Virus record (IMG/VR): IMGVR_UViG_3300021957_004671
Location: 1 to 64,000 of that record
From: a virus
DNA length: 64,000 bases
Reading direction: 5' to 3' (one strand)
Shown one piece after another: positions 1 to 9,476 of the stretch (position 1 is the first letter of the stretch; every line of letters begins with the position of its first letter). Position numbers and translations under genes: made by a program. A model generated the notes under the pieces. The model saw only the letters and a list, made by a program, of their open reading frames with translations. It searched no databases and was not told where the DNA came from.

Positions 1-809
1 AATGTGATACAGTCAAGAGTAAAGAAGACCAGCTTGAGGAGACTAGAGTTGGAATTGAGAAGTTGCAACAAGAGTTAGAGGTTGCTGAAAGTCGTATATC
101 AGAGATCTCATCTGTGCAGTCTGAAATTCAGATTAATCAGTCCTCTATTACAGAAAAGACTTGGCAGGTTAATAACTTACAAGATACTAATCAGAAGCTA
201 ACTCGCGATATCGAAAACTTATCTGATGTTAAGACGTCTAAGAATAAAGATGTAAAGCAGTTAGCTAAGTTTAATGACGAGAAAGAAGCTGGTGAGAGAG
301 CTAAAATTACTTTAGTTAACGATAGAAATACATTAAGTATTATCTCTTTCATCTTAAAAGATACTGGTATTAAGACACGAATTATTAAACAGTATGTACC
401 TATTATGAATAAGTTAATCAATAAGTATCTTGCTGCAATGGACTTCTTCGTACAGTTTGAACTAGATGAAGGCTTTAATGAAACTATTAAGTCTAGATAT
501 CGCGATGAGTTCTCTTATGCTTCTTTCTCGGAAGGTGAGAAGATGCGTATTGACTTAGCATTATTGTTTACTTGGAGAGCAGTTGCTAAGATTCGTAACA
601 GCGCATCTACTAATTTACTTATTATGGATGAAGTATTTGATTCCTCTCTCGATACATCTGGTACTGATGAGTTCCTAAAAATCCTAAATGAGTTGACTTC
701 TGACACGAATGTCTTTATAATAAGTCATAAGGGAGACCAACTTATTGACAAGTTCAATAATGTAGTACGCTTTGAGAAATATAAGAACTTTAGTAGGATA
801 GCAGCATGA
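1..809 (+). CDS. 46: Recombination endonuclease ATPase subunit gp46 (SbcC/Rad50-like), 5'-truncated by window edge
   Basis: Coiled coil followed by ABC signature FSEGEKMRIDLALLF, Walker B LLIMDEVFDSSLD and H-loop FIISHK; reading frame is open back to the window start. Confidence 0.95.
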   Translation, partial: CDTVKSKEDQLEETRVGIEKLQQELEVAESRISEISSVQSEIQINQSSITEKTWQVNNLQDTNQKLTRDIENLSDVKTSKNKDVKQLAKFNDEKEAGERAKITLVNDRNTLSIISFILKDTGIKTRIIKQYVPIMNKLINKYLAAMDFFVQFELDEGFNETIKSRYRDEFSYASFSEGEKMRIDLALLFTWRAVAKIRNSASTNLLIMDEVFDSSLDTSGTDEFLKILNELTSDTNVFIISHKGDQLIDKFNNVVRFEKYKNFSRIAA

Positions 810-1015
810 AGCAAGAAGTAATTTATAAGGAATTAGGTCCTGATGATCTACACCCAGAAAAGAGAACCTGGTACTATGATGATTTCGGTAATCGATTAGA
901 TAAGAGTACTGACTTGCCAGTAGTTATAAAGAAGGCTAGTATCAATAGTGATGAGGTTAAACAAACTCTACTAAATGAGATATACCTTAACGGACCTGCT
1001 TATGAAACCATATAG
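806..1015 (+). CDS. Hypothetical protein
   Basis: 69-aa ORF with ATGA overlap to the gp46 stop. Confidence 0.6.
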   Translation: MKQEVIYKELGPDDLHPEKRTWYYDDFGNRLDKSTDLPVVIKKASINSDEVKQTLLNEIYLNGPAYETI

Positions 1016-1520
1016 AGCAATATTTCTAGGTCATCAGAATGATATGCTGAGGCAAGTAATACCTGAGTTTGAATTTAACTCTCCTTCTACTGACCCAGTA
1101 AAATTATCACACTTGTTAATTAATGCAATGAAAGATAATAATGGCATTGGACTTGCAGCCAACCAATTGGGTATTAATGTACGTGCTTTTGTTATGTATT
1201 CTGAGCCACCAATAGTTGCCTTTAACCCTAAGATAACATATTATAATGATGAAGAGGTCGTAATGGATGAAGGATGTTTATCTTATCCTGGTGTTACGAT
1301 TAAAGTTAAAAGACCAAGATTTATTCGTGTGAGGTTTCAGGACCCGTACGGTAATGTAGTGGTAAAGAAATTTGATGGAATGGCATCAAGAGTTTTCCAG
1401 CATGAACTGGATCATCTCGATGGAGTGGAATACTTTAAACGTGCGAATAGAATTCATAAAGAACGCTTTCAAAAGAATTGGAAGAAAGTTATCCGCACGG
1501 TTAAAAATCGAGATAAATAA
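1002..1520 (+). CDS. def: Peptide deformylase
   Basis: All three PDF motifs: GIGLAANQLG, EGCLS, QHELDHLDG; ATG 1002 taken as likely start (ORF open from 975). Confidence 0.95.
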   Translation: MKPYRAIFLGHQNDMLRQVIPEFEFNSPSTDPVKLSHLLINAMKDNNGIGLAANQLGINVRAFVMYSEPPIVAFNPKITYYNDEEVVMDEGCLSYPGVTIKVKRPRFIRVRFQDPYGNVVVKKFDGMASRVFQHELDHLDGVEYFKRANRIHKERFQKNWKKVIRTVKNRDK

Positions 1521-1529
1521 TTATACGAG

Positions 1530-2474
1530 TTGTGCCCTTCCACAACTAAAACAAAACTAGGAGTCAATACGTTGTCCGATAAAAACTATTACTATTCAGA
1601 GATCTTTAACTCTATTCAGGGTGAAGGTCAATATACAGGTGTACCTACTGCCTGGTTAAGATTTTTCCTATGTAATTTACAATGCAATGGCTTTGGTCAG
1701 AAAGAACCGACCAAGCCTGAAACGTATGAGCTCCCATATCAAGAACTAGATGTAAGTCAATATAAGACTATGGATGAACTTCCTGTTTTTGAGTTTGGGT
1801 GCGATTCGTCCTATTCATGGGCTAAGAAATTCAAAGGTCTTAATAATCAAGGAACCCCTAAAGAGATTGCGGATAAGATTCGTCAATGTATGGTAGGTCC
1901 TTGGAATCCTCAAGGTAAATTTAACTTTAATAATTCTGAACGTCATATGTGCTTTACTGGCGGTGAGCCTCTGATGAAGCATGGGCAAGAATGTTCTGTA
2001 GATATTATGAAAGTATATGAAGAGGAACGTGACCTACCTAAGTTTGTTACTTACGAAACTAATGGTACTCAAAAGCTTCATGATAAGTTCTTACAATACT
2101 ATGCTGAGTATAGAGATGTATGGGGCGGTGAATTATTCCTCTCTGTAAGTCCTAAGCTATGGTCTGTTGCTGGTGAAGAAGCTAAACGTGCTATTAAGCC
2201 GGAAGTAGTTGCCTCTTATCAAGAGGTATGTCATAATGGACAATTGAAGTTCGTTATTAACGGTACTGATGAGTCGTGGTCTGAACTCGATGATGTTATC
2301 GCTGCGTTTAGATATCATGGTGTCGATTGGCCTATTTGGATTATGCCAGCTGGAGCAACTGTCGAAGGGCAGAAGATATGCGATGCTGATGTAGCCACCG
2401 AGGCATTTAATCGTGGTTATAATGTAAGTGCGAGAGTACATACTTATCTGTGGGGCAATAAAATTGGTGTTTAA
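1530..2474 (+). CDS. queE: 7-carboxy-7-deazaguanine synthase (QueE-like radical SAM)
   Basis: YSEIFNSIQGEG, RFFLCNLQC...CDS, FTGGEPL, ETNGT, SVSPKL, RVHTYLWG; neighbours queD and folE; real start may be TTG 1572 after GGAG. Confidence 0.9.
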   Translation: MCPSTTKTKLGVNTLSDKNYYYSEIFNSIQGEGQYTGVPTAWLRFFLCNLQCNGFGQKEPTKPETYELPYQELDVSQYKTMDELPVFEFGCDSSYSWAKKFKGLNNQGTPKEIADKIRQCMVGPWNPQGKFNFNNSERHMCFTGGEPLMKHGQECSVDIMKVYEEERDLPKFVTYETNGTQKLHDKFLQYYAEYRDVWGGELFLSVSPKLWSVAGEEAKRAIKPEVVASYQEVCHNGQLKFVINGTDESWSELDDVIAAFRYHGVDWPIWIMPAGATVEGQKICDADVATEAFNRGYNVSARVHTYLWGNKIGV

Positions 2475-3006
2475 CTATGAAGTGTTAGATATTTTCAATA
2501 AAGAAGATATTAAACTTTTTAATAAAATATATGATGAGTGTACTAACGAGAGAGTGAAGCGATTGCATAATCTCTTTTATGTTGATTATAGAAATATACC
2601 GTCTGATAAGTCTGGTGTTATTAAAGACAAGCTTGGTAAGCACTTCAAGTTAAATGCTGATAGAAATTATTTTTTAAATTATACAGAAGGCTCATTTACT
2701 AGACGTCATGCGGATGTTGGTCAGCAGTCTCAGTGTACAGTTATTACTTTACTTGAGAAGTCTGATGATCTAATAGGTGGAGAGACGATTGTATATACAA
2801 AGCATTATAAAAAAGATGATTTTGAGTTTGATGTAAATAGATATATGCGTAAAGATGACGCAGATGATGAGCAGGGTGCCGATATTATACCTCATGTAGT
2901 AAATTTAGAGGTTGGACAGTCAGTAGTATATGATGTAGAGATGTTGCATGAAGTTGCTGAGGTGCTTAAAGGTAATAGAAAGGTTTTAGTGAGTTGGTTA
3001 AAGTGA
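2428..3006 (+). CDS. 2OG-Fe(II) oxygenase family protein
   Basis: HxD (RHADV), GGET, distal His (LHEV) and R-x-V-L-V-S-W strand; start may be GTG 2467. Confidence 0.75.
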   Translation: MREYILICGAIKLVFNYEVLDIFNKEDIKLFNKIYDECTNERVKRLHNLFYVDYRNIPSDKSGVIKDKLGKHFKLNADRNYFLNYTEGSFTRRHADVGQQSQCTVITLLEKSDDLIGGETIVYTKHYKKDDFEFDVNRYMRKDDADDEQGADIIPHVVNLEVGQSVVYDVEMLHEVAEVLKGNRKVLVSWLK

Positions 3007-3013
3007 GGTTAGA

Positions 3014-3469
3014 ATGGATTATACATTAAAAGATTTTGAAGAAGGTGTAGAACACATCTATAATAATATACAGGCTATTGGTCAGCCTTTTAATCGAGTG
3101 GTTGGAGTAACTAGGGGTGGCCTTTTCCTAGCGGCTAGACTATCATATAAATTGGATATTCCAATGACTGCTATGTCATGGTCTACCCGTGATAGTACTG
3201 AGAAGGAATCTGTTGCTTGGATTCCAGAGGATATTAATAGCGGTATGCGTATATTATTAATTGATGATATCATTGATAGTGGTGTTACCGTTAAAGAGAT
3301 TATTCAAGACTGGAGGGATAGTGTACCCGATGAATTGGATATGGAAAATTTGAGTGTTGCATGTTGTGTACTTAATACTGATCAAGACTATATGCCTGAT
3401 TTCTGGCATAAGACTATTGAGCGAAGTAAAGATGACAGCTGGATTAACTTTTGTTGGGAGAAGAAATAA
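3014..3469 (+). CDS. Type I purine phosphoribosyltransferase (Gpt/XGPRT-like)
   Basis: VGVTRGGL, PRPP-binding loop ILLIDDIIDSGVT, C-terminal WINFCWE. Confidence 0.88.
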   Translation: MDYTLKDFEEGVEHIYNNIQAIGQPFNRVVGVTRGGLFLAARLSYKLDIPMTAMSWSTRDSTEKESVAWIPEDINSGMRILLIDDIIDSGVTVKEIIQDWRDSVPDELDMENLSVACCVLNTDQDYMPDFWHKTIERSKDDSWINFCWEKK

Positions 3470-3471
3470 GT

Positions 3472-3924
3472 ATGGCATATTTAAGTACTAAACATTATGG
3501 GCATAATATTGGCCTATCATCCGTGTTCAGGCAGCCTAATGCTGATCATTCGCATTGTCATTTATTGCATGGTTATAGCTTGGCGTTTACCTTTACGTTT
3601 GGATGTAAAGAACTAGATAATAAAAACTGGGCTGTTGATTTTGGCGGTCTAAAAGAAATTAAAGCTTGGCTAGAAGATCACTTTGATCATAAAGTAGCCG
3701 TAGATAAAGATGATCCGCATATGGATAAGATGCGTGAGTTGGAAGAGATGGATATCGCTGAACTGCGAATCTTTGATGGAGTAGGCGCTGAGAAGTTTGC
3801 GTATCATGCATTTGTATTTGCTGATGAACTTATTAGGCGCAAGTCAAATAACCGATGCTGGGTCGAATCTGTTGAATGTGCTGAGCATGGAGCTAATTCT
3901 GCAATTTATAAGAAGGAGAAATAA
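3472..3924 (+). CDS. queD: 6-carboxy-5,6,7,8-tetrahydropterin synthase
   Basis: HSHCHLLHGYS zinc/catalytic motif, WAVDFGGLK, FDH, C-terminal EHGANSA. Confidence 0.92.
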   Translation: MAYLSTKHYGHNIGLSSVFRQPNADHSHCHLLHGYSLAFTFTFGCKELDNKNWAVDFGGLKEIKAWLEDHFDHKVAVDKDDPHMDKMRELEEMDIAELRIFDGVGAEKFAYHAFVFADELIRRKSNNRCWVESVECAEHGANSAIYKKEK

Positions 3925-4587
3925 ATGTCGAAGAATAATCCCGAACTGGGTAAAGAAGTAAATGAGTATCTTGACCTCAAAGGTATTAATACCCCTGTTA
4001 CTGATCTTGTAGCTGAAGATCGTGAGGTAAAGATTGAGAAGATTGCTGATCTAACTAAGCAGATGTTAGAAGTACTTGGACTCGATCTACGTGATGATTC
4101 ATTAGAAGAGACTCCTATGCGCGTTGCTAAGATGTATGTAGATGAGATCTTCTCTGGTTTACGTTATGATACATTTCCTAAGTGTACTACTGTAGAGAAT
4201 AAGTTCTGTAATGGTGATGAGTTTGTTCTTGAGAAGGATATTACTATGTATTCTGATTGTGAGCATCATCTACGACCTATTATCGGTAAAGCTCATATTG
4301 CATATATCCCTGGTGAAAAAGTTCTCGGACTATCTAAGCTGAATCGTATTACTCAATACTTCGCTCAGCGACCTCAAGTTCAAGAGAGATTGACTCAGCA
4401 GATTGCAGAAGCAATTGCGTTTATTACTGAATCGGATGACGTTATGGTTATCGTTGAAGCAGCTCATACGTGTGTATCTCAAAGAGGTATTAAAGATACT
4501 AACTCCTCTACTTCTACTGCTTGTTGTTTAGGTAAGTTTGGTGATCATAATTCAGTGCTTCGTAGAGAAGTTATTGGAAGTATTTAA
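3925..4587 (+). CDS. folE: GTP cyclohydrolase I
   Basis: ETPMRVAKM, CEHHL, VLGLSKLNR, RPQVQERLT, HTCVSQRG. Confidence 0.96.
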   Translation: MSKNNPELGKEVNEYLDLKGINTPVTDLVAEDREVKIEKIADLTKQMLEVLGLDLRDDSLEETPMRVAKMYVDEIFSGLRYDTFPKCTTVENKFCNGDEFVLEKDITMYSDCEHHLRPIIGKAHIAYIPGEKVLGLSKLNRITQYFAQRPQVQERLTQQIAEAIAFITESDDVMVIVEAAHTCVSQRGIKDTNSSTSTACCLGKFGDHNSVLRREVIGSI

Positions 4588-4601
4588 ATAAGGTTTATAT
4601 T

Positions 4602-5402
4602 ATGAGAGTAGCACATGAAGCGCCTTTATCGATTATTCGTAAAGTGCAGCAATATACAGATTATGATTATGCGTTAGTGCATCTATTTGAAGAGAGTTTT
4701 GATTACTATCAATTCTTTCAAGAGGCAGTTGACCGCGGCCGCTATGTGATTCTTGATAATAGTATCTTTGAGTTAGGTACTGCTTTTGATATGGATCACT
4801 TTGCTACCTTTGTTGAAGATCTTAAACCTAGTGCTTATATAGTTCCGGATGTATTAGAAGATTGTCAAGGTACTATTGATAACTTTAAAGAGTGGGATAG
4901 TAAGTATAAAGATCTACCTGGTAAGAAAATGGGTGTGGTTCAAGGTAAAGATTGGAATGAGATACAGAGATGCTATCAGTATATGAATCAACATGCTGAT
5001 ATTATCGGTATCTCTTTTGATTATAGCTGGTATGAGTCTGAATATCCTGATGAGCCGACTAAGTATCATTCCTGGATGAAGGGTCGTCAACAAATGTTAT
5101 CACAGATGTTAGAGGATGGTATTATTAATACCTGTAAACCTCATCATCTTCTAGGCGCTGGTCTCCCTCAAGAGTTTGCTTATTATAGGCATTGGTCATG
5201 GATTGATACTATTGATACTTCCAATCCTGTAGTGCATGGTATTAAAGGTATTAGGTATCAACGTCAACCTGAGTATGATATTTACGGGCTAGATAATAAA
5301 GAGTCAGTAAAACTTTATACTATGATGGAGGAATCAGTTGCCAATGAAGAGGATATCTTCTATAATATAAACATGTTCAGGCACAATATAAGTGAGAGGT
5401 GA
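4602..5402 (+). CDS. DpdA-like / tRNA-guanine-transglycosylase-fold 7-deazaguanine insertion enzyme
   Basis: TGT-barrel motif order ILDNSIFE, IVPDV, GVVQG, HHLLGAG, IDTIDTS; sits inside the que cluster. Confidence 0.72.
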   Translation: MRVAHEAPLSIIRKVQQYTDYDYALVHLFEESFDYYQFFQEAVDRGRYVILDNSIFELGTAFDMDHFATFVEDLKPSAYIVPDVLEDCQGTIDNFKEWDSKYKDLPGKKMGVVQGKDWNEIQRCYQYMNQHADIIGISFDYSWYESEYPDEPTKYHSWMKGRQQMLSQMLEDGIINTCKPHHLLGAGLPQEFAYYRHWSWIDTIDTSNPVVHGIKGIRYQRQPEYDIYGLDNKESVKLYTMMEESVANEEDIFYNINMFRHNISER

Positions 5403-5908
5403 TTATGTGGGTAGCGTTATTCTCTAACTCTGGTAATGAGTTAGCTAGTATATGTGAGAAGTTAGGTCGATGGCCTGATAAAGTATATCTAGATAAAGAG
5501 CGTACTGAAATTAATCCTTGGATTAAGAATCAATGTGAAGTATTACCTCATGCAGATATCCTTGAGAGATTAAAGGAACTGCCTGAAGATGCTATTGTTA
5601 CCTTGCATGGATACTTAAGGATCATTAGTGGTGATAGTATTAAAAGTAATATGTATAATGTTCATCCTGGTGATATTATTAAGTATCCTGAACTTGTTGG
5701 TATTCATCCTCAACGTAAAGCTGTCGATTTAAACTTACCTACTACTGGTGTGGTTATTCATAAAGTTACTGATAAGTTAGATGGCGGTGATATTCAGTTG
5801 TTCTTTAGTCATGATATTGAAGAAGGTACAGACGAGAAAAAATTAATTGATGAACTCAGAATCTTATCTGTTAAGATGTGGGTTATGTTACTAAAAGGTA
5901 AATTATGA
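5399..5908 (+). CDS. PurN-like formyltransferase (candidate DpdN, preQ1 N-formyltransferase)
   Basis: ALFSNSGNEL, LHGYLRII, catalytic NVHPG, TTGVVIHKVTDKLDGGDI. Confidence 0.82.
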   Translation: MIMWVALFSNSGNELASICEKLGRWPDKVYLDKERTEINPWIKNQCEVLPHADILERLKELPEDAIVTLHGYLRIISGDSIKSNMYNVHPGDIIKYPELVGIHPQRKAVDLNLPTTGVVIHKVTDKLDGGDIQLFFSHDIEEGTDEKKLIDELRILSVKMWVMLLKGKL

Positions 5909-6435
5909 GAATTGGTATAACGGGTGCGCAGTCGGTAGGTAAAACTACTCTACTTAACGCATTGAGATCAGAGCCTATGTTTAAAGGATATAGTATATGT
6001 GACGAGGTGACTCGTGAGATTAAGCAGATGGGGTTTGATATTAATGAGGCAGGGTCAGACTTGACTCAGCTTTTAATTATGCAAAAGCATATTGTTAATA
6101 TTTTTATGAATAAAGATATGTTAACTGATAGGACGTCTCTTGACGGTCTAGTATATACTCTATATTTAAATCTGGCTCATAAAGTGAAGCCAGAAACCTT
6201 AGCTAAGGCTCGCAGTATATACGAAAAAACTATAACAGAATATGATTACGTTTTTTATATCAGACCTGAGTTTGATATGGTTGATGATGGTGTGCGTTCT
6301 ACTAATCAGCAATTTAGAGATGATATCGTAAATATTTTTGAAGGACTAATATCTGAGATCCCTAGACCTGTACATGTATTGACTGGTTCAGTTAGGGATA
6401 GAGTAGAACAAGTATTAAAGACAGTAGGTGGTTAA
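5905..6435 (+). CDS. P-loop nucleotide kinase-like ATPase (NadR/AAA_28 type)
   Basis: GITGAQSVGKTTL, DRTSLD, DDGVR lid. Confidence 0.8.
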   Translation: MRIGITGAQSVGKTTLLNALRSEPMFKGYSICDEVTREIKQMGFDINEAGSDLTQLLIMQKHIVNIFMNKDMLTDRTSLDGLVYTLYLNLAHKVKPETLAKARSIYEKTITEYDYVFYIRPEFDMVDDGVRSTNQQFRDDIVNIFEGLISEIPRPVHVLTGSVRDRVEQVLKTVGG

Positions 6436-6436
6436 A

Positions 6437-7381
6437 ATGAATGATAATACAAATAAGTTAAATGAGATTGTTTCTGAGCATTTAGGTAAAGCAGGAGATG
6501 GTTCAATTGTTAAACCGTATGTTACTCCTGATAAAGTAGATCCTAGTCTACTTGTACCTGTACCTCGAGTGCTTAATAGAGAGATATATGATATCGATGA
6601 AGATAGTCTACCGTTCGTAGGTTACGATACATGGAACTGTTATGAAGTTTCATTTCTTCTAGATAATGGATTCCCGATTAGTGGTGTAGTTAAGCTAGTA
6701 TATCCGTCTGAGAGTGAATGTATTGTTGAGTCGAAGTCTCTTAAGCTATATCTTAACTCATATAATATGGCTAAGTTCGGTGAATTTAAAAACTCAGCGA
6801 TTGGTAAAGTTCAATTAAAGATCTCTGATGACCTTAGTAAGGCATTAGATTGTAATGTGCAAGCTTGCTTTCATTACTATACAGATAATGATTTACCTCA
6901 ACCTGCTGTACTTGGTCACTTTGTACGCTTAGAGAGTATTGTAGATGTAGAAGAGACATCGTTCGATCATTATAATGAAGATCCTAAAATCTTAGAGCGT
7001 GCTCCTATGTTAGGGTTTATGCCGTTTCAGGTAACGTCTAATGCGCTTCGATCTAACTGTCGTGTTACTAATCAGCCGGATTGGGGTGATGTATATATTC
7101 ATATCGATGGTCCTGATTGTGTAACTCCTGAATCGCTTATGCAGTATATTGTATCAATGCGTAAAGAGAATCATTTCCATGAAGAGATTTGTGAGTGTAT
7201 CTATAAACGATTACGTGATATCTTAGACGAAGAGACTGAGATTCTAGTTGCATGCTTATATACTCGCAGAGGCGGCATTGATATCAACCCGGTAAGAGCT
7301 AGTGGTGATCATGTAATTGAAAAGATTACTCCTTACTTAATTGAAGAAACTATTCCACATCGTAAAACGGAGAGACAATAA
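6437..7381 (+). CDS. queF: NADPH-dependent preQ0 reductase, bimodular type
   Basis: VESKSLKLYLNSYN, LRSNCRVTNQPDWG, HFHEEICE, YTRRGGIDINPVR. Confidence 0.95.
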   Translation: MNDNTNKLNEIVSEHLGKAGDGSIVKPYVTPDKVDPSLLVPVPRVLNREIYDIDEDSLPFVGYDTWNCYEVSFLLDNGFPISGVVKLVYPSESECIVESKSLKLYLNSYNMAKFGEFKNSAIGKVQLKISDDLSKALDCNVQACFHYYTDNDLPQPAVLGHFVRLESIVDVEETSFDHYNEDPKILERAPMLGFMPFQVTSNALRSNCRVTNQPDWGDVYIHIDGPDCVTPESLMQYIVSMRKENHFHEEICECIYKRLRDILDEETEILVACLYTRRGGIDINPVRASGDHVIEKITPYLIEETIPHRKTERQ

Positions 7382-7539
7382 TGATTAATAAAGATCCAGG
7401 TAAGCGGCATTTTTATATTAGTATCGTAAAGAGTATTCTAAGGTTCGGAGCCTGTGGTTATCTTTACTTTGGTATGTATGAAGGCGCTGCCTTATTACTA
7501 TTCTCAGCAGAAGTGTTAGGAGTAGCAGAGGAGATCTAA
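7381..7539 (+). CDS. Small membrane protein (52 aa, not in ORF track)
   Basis: MINKDPGKRHFYISIVKSILRFGACG...LLLFSAEVLGVAEEI; TAATG coupling at both ends. Confidence 0.65.
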   Translation: MINKDPGKRHFYISIVKSILRFGACGYLYFGMYEGAALLLFSAEVLGVAEEI

Positions 7540-8483
7540 TGAGAGTTAGAATATTAAATGGTTGGGTAGTAGAGTTTAGTGATATTGACTTGAAGACTGC
7601 TTCAGACGAAGAGATGAAATTTATCGGCAGTACAGTCGTATCTAATCTCTGTGTTGTAATTAAAGGTCAAAAGCTAACTCCTGATGAGCAACTTAATATA
7701 TGTAATAAAATTGGTAATGTAGAGAGACATTTTAATACTGAGCAGAAAAAAGATATCCTTAAGGATGTATCTATTGCCGATGGTGTTTCCAGAGTGACTG
7801 GAGCGCTTAATGAAAGAGGTAAGCCTGGACTATTTAATAGAACAGAAGACCTTGAATGGCATGTTAATGCAGCATTTAAAAATAAACGGCATCCTCTAGT
7901 ATGGATCTACGCTGATAAAGGTGTAGAGGGCAGTCGTACTTCATGGCTTAATATGTCTAAGGTTTATTATAGTCTTGGTAGACATGAACGCTATAAGATG
8001 AAAGAGCTTAAAGTGCATGCTGGATTCAAGACAGATAGAACTGATATTAATGTTGGCTATGATAGTACTCTTGATATACTAAGCAGACATAAAGATCCTG
8101 ATCCTGAATTGTTAGAGAACCTAAAAGAGAATATGAAGAATCCTCCTGTAGAGGATGTATCGTTTGAGGACTGGTCGAAGATATGGCCTGAACTTAAACC
8201 CTTTGATCTCTATTATAAAAATCCAGCAGGCGTAGAAGGATTATATTTTCCCTTCTATCAAGTCGCTGGTATTAAAGGTTACTCTAAAGAAAAGTTTGAA
8301 GAGTTTAAAGAATATATAATGGAGCTTGCCTTAAACGATGATAACATATATCATCATGATTGGGAGTTGGGAGATATTGTTCTTAGCGAGCAATGGCTTA
8401 CTCTGCATAAGAGATGGGCGTTTGATAAAATGAATGACCGAGTAGTTCATAGAATTGCTCTAGATTATAGAAAGGTGATATAA
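7539..8483 (+). CDS. TauD/TfdA family dioxygenase
   Basis: LEWHVN, GSRTSWLN, HDWELGDIVLSEQWLTLHKR, RVVHRI. Confidence 0.82.
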   Translation: MRVRILNGWVVEFSDIDLKTASDEEMKFIGSTVVSNLCVVIKGQKLTPDEQLNICNKIGNVERHFNTEQKKDILKDVSIADGVSRVTGALNERGKPGLFNRTEDLEWHVNAAFKNKRHPLVWIYADKGVEGSRTSWLNMSKVYYSLGRHERYKMKELKVHAGFKTDRTDINVGYDSTLDILSRHKDPDPELLENLKENMKNPPVEDVSFEDWSKIWPELKPFDLYYKNPAGVEGLYFPFYQVAGIKGYSKEKFEEFKEYIMELALNDDNIYHHDWELGDIVLSEQWLTLHKRWAFDKMNDRVVHRIALDYRKVI

Positions 8484-8485
8484 TA

Positions 8486-8725
8486 ATGGAACTAGACCCT
8501 AACGTAAAGTTTGTAGTTGGTAAATACCTCGCGCGGGCCAGGGCAGGTAAAGTTAAGTATGGTACAGATACTGAGAGAGATGATCTTAAGTTCTGGGACT
8601 GGCTTAATCATTTACAAGAAGAGTTAATGGATGCAACTATCTATATTCAGCGTATGAAAGCTGATATAGAAGATCCAGAAAGATTAAACCCTCAGTTGGA
8701 GTTAGATTTAAATGAATTTGAGTGA
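8486..8725 (+). CDS. Small all-alpha NTP pyrophosphatase (MazG-like) protein
   Basis: GKVKYG...WLNHLQEELMDATIY (EExxD helix). Confidence 0.55.
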   Translation: MELDPNVKFVVGKYLARARAGKVKYGTDTERDDLKFWDWLNHLQEELMDATIYIQRMKADIEDPERLNPQLELDLNEFE

Positions 8726-9476
8726 AGCAAAGAAAGCATTACCTGATACTAATAAGAATGTATTGGCAGTGCTGTCTGGAGGACTAGACTCTTCTGTTAT
8801 GACTATGATGCTTGTAGAGCGTTATGGTAGGGAGAAGGTTAGTGCTATTAGTTATGATTATGGTCAGAAGCAGAGAGTAGAACTTGAGAAGGCTTTTGAA
8901 CTATGTAATAAGTTAGGTATCAAGCATAAGATTCTTGACTTAAATATTCTAGGAGATATTGCTAAGCCTATGTCTGCTAATATTGGTGGTACGGATGTTG
9001 ATATGCCTACTATCGAAGACGTGTTGGGTGACCCTCAACCTGTTACTTATGTACCTTTCCGTAATATGATTCTCTTATCTCTTACTATGTCATGTGCTGA
9101 AGCTGCTAATGCTTCTCATGTATTTACAGGACTGCAAGTTCATGATGAGTATGGCTATTGGGATACTTCTCAGAAGTTTGTTGATAGTATGAATGCTGTT
9201 GCTAGTCAGAATAGAACTCACAAGGTAGAGATTGTTGCTCCCTTTAGTCATCTATCTAAAGCAGAAGAGATTAAAATATGTTTGGAAATGGAAAAAGAAC
9301 AGTTGCTATTAAGTACACTTTCATGTTATAATCCAGATAATAAAGGATGGAGTTGTGGAGAGTGTCCTACTTGTGCTGAGCGTATTGCTAACTTCGCTAA
9401 GGCAGGTATTGAGGATCCTATTCCATATCAAAGGCCTATTAACTGGCCGGAACTAATTACAGGGTATCTTACGTAA
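8712..9476 (+). CDS. queC: 7-cyano-7-deazaguanine synthase
   Basis: PP-loop VLSGGLDSS, YDYGQKQ, YVPFRNMILLS, zinc ligands SCY...CGECPTCAER. Confidence 0.96.
   Translation: MNLSEAKKALPDTNKNVLAVLSGGLDSSVMTMMLVERYGREKVSAISYDYGQKQRVELEKAFELCNKLGIKHKILDLNILGDIAKPMSANIGGTDVDMPTIEDVLGDPQPVTYVPFRNMILLSLTMSCAEAANASHVFTGLQVHDEYGYWDTSQKFVDSMNAVASQNRTHKVEIVAPFSHLSKAEEIKICLEMEKEQLLLSTLSCYNPDNKGWSCGECPTCAERIANFAKAGIEDPIPYQRPINWPELITGYLT

Noticed and set aside
1530..9476. que genes as auxiliary genes for host tRNA queuosine or folate synthesis
   Set aside because: No queA, queG/queH or downstream folate genes; the TGT-like, formyltransferase and nucleotide-pool genes favour DNA modification, although this is not proven
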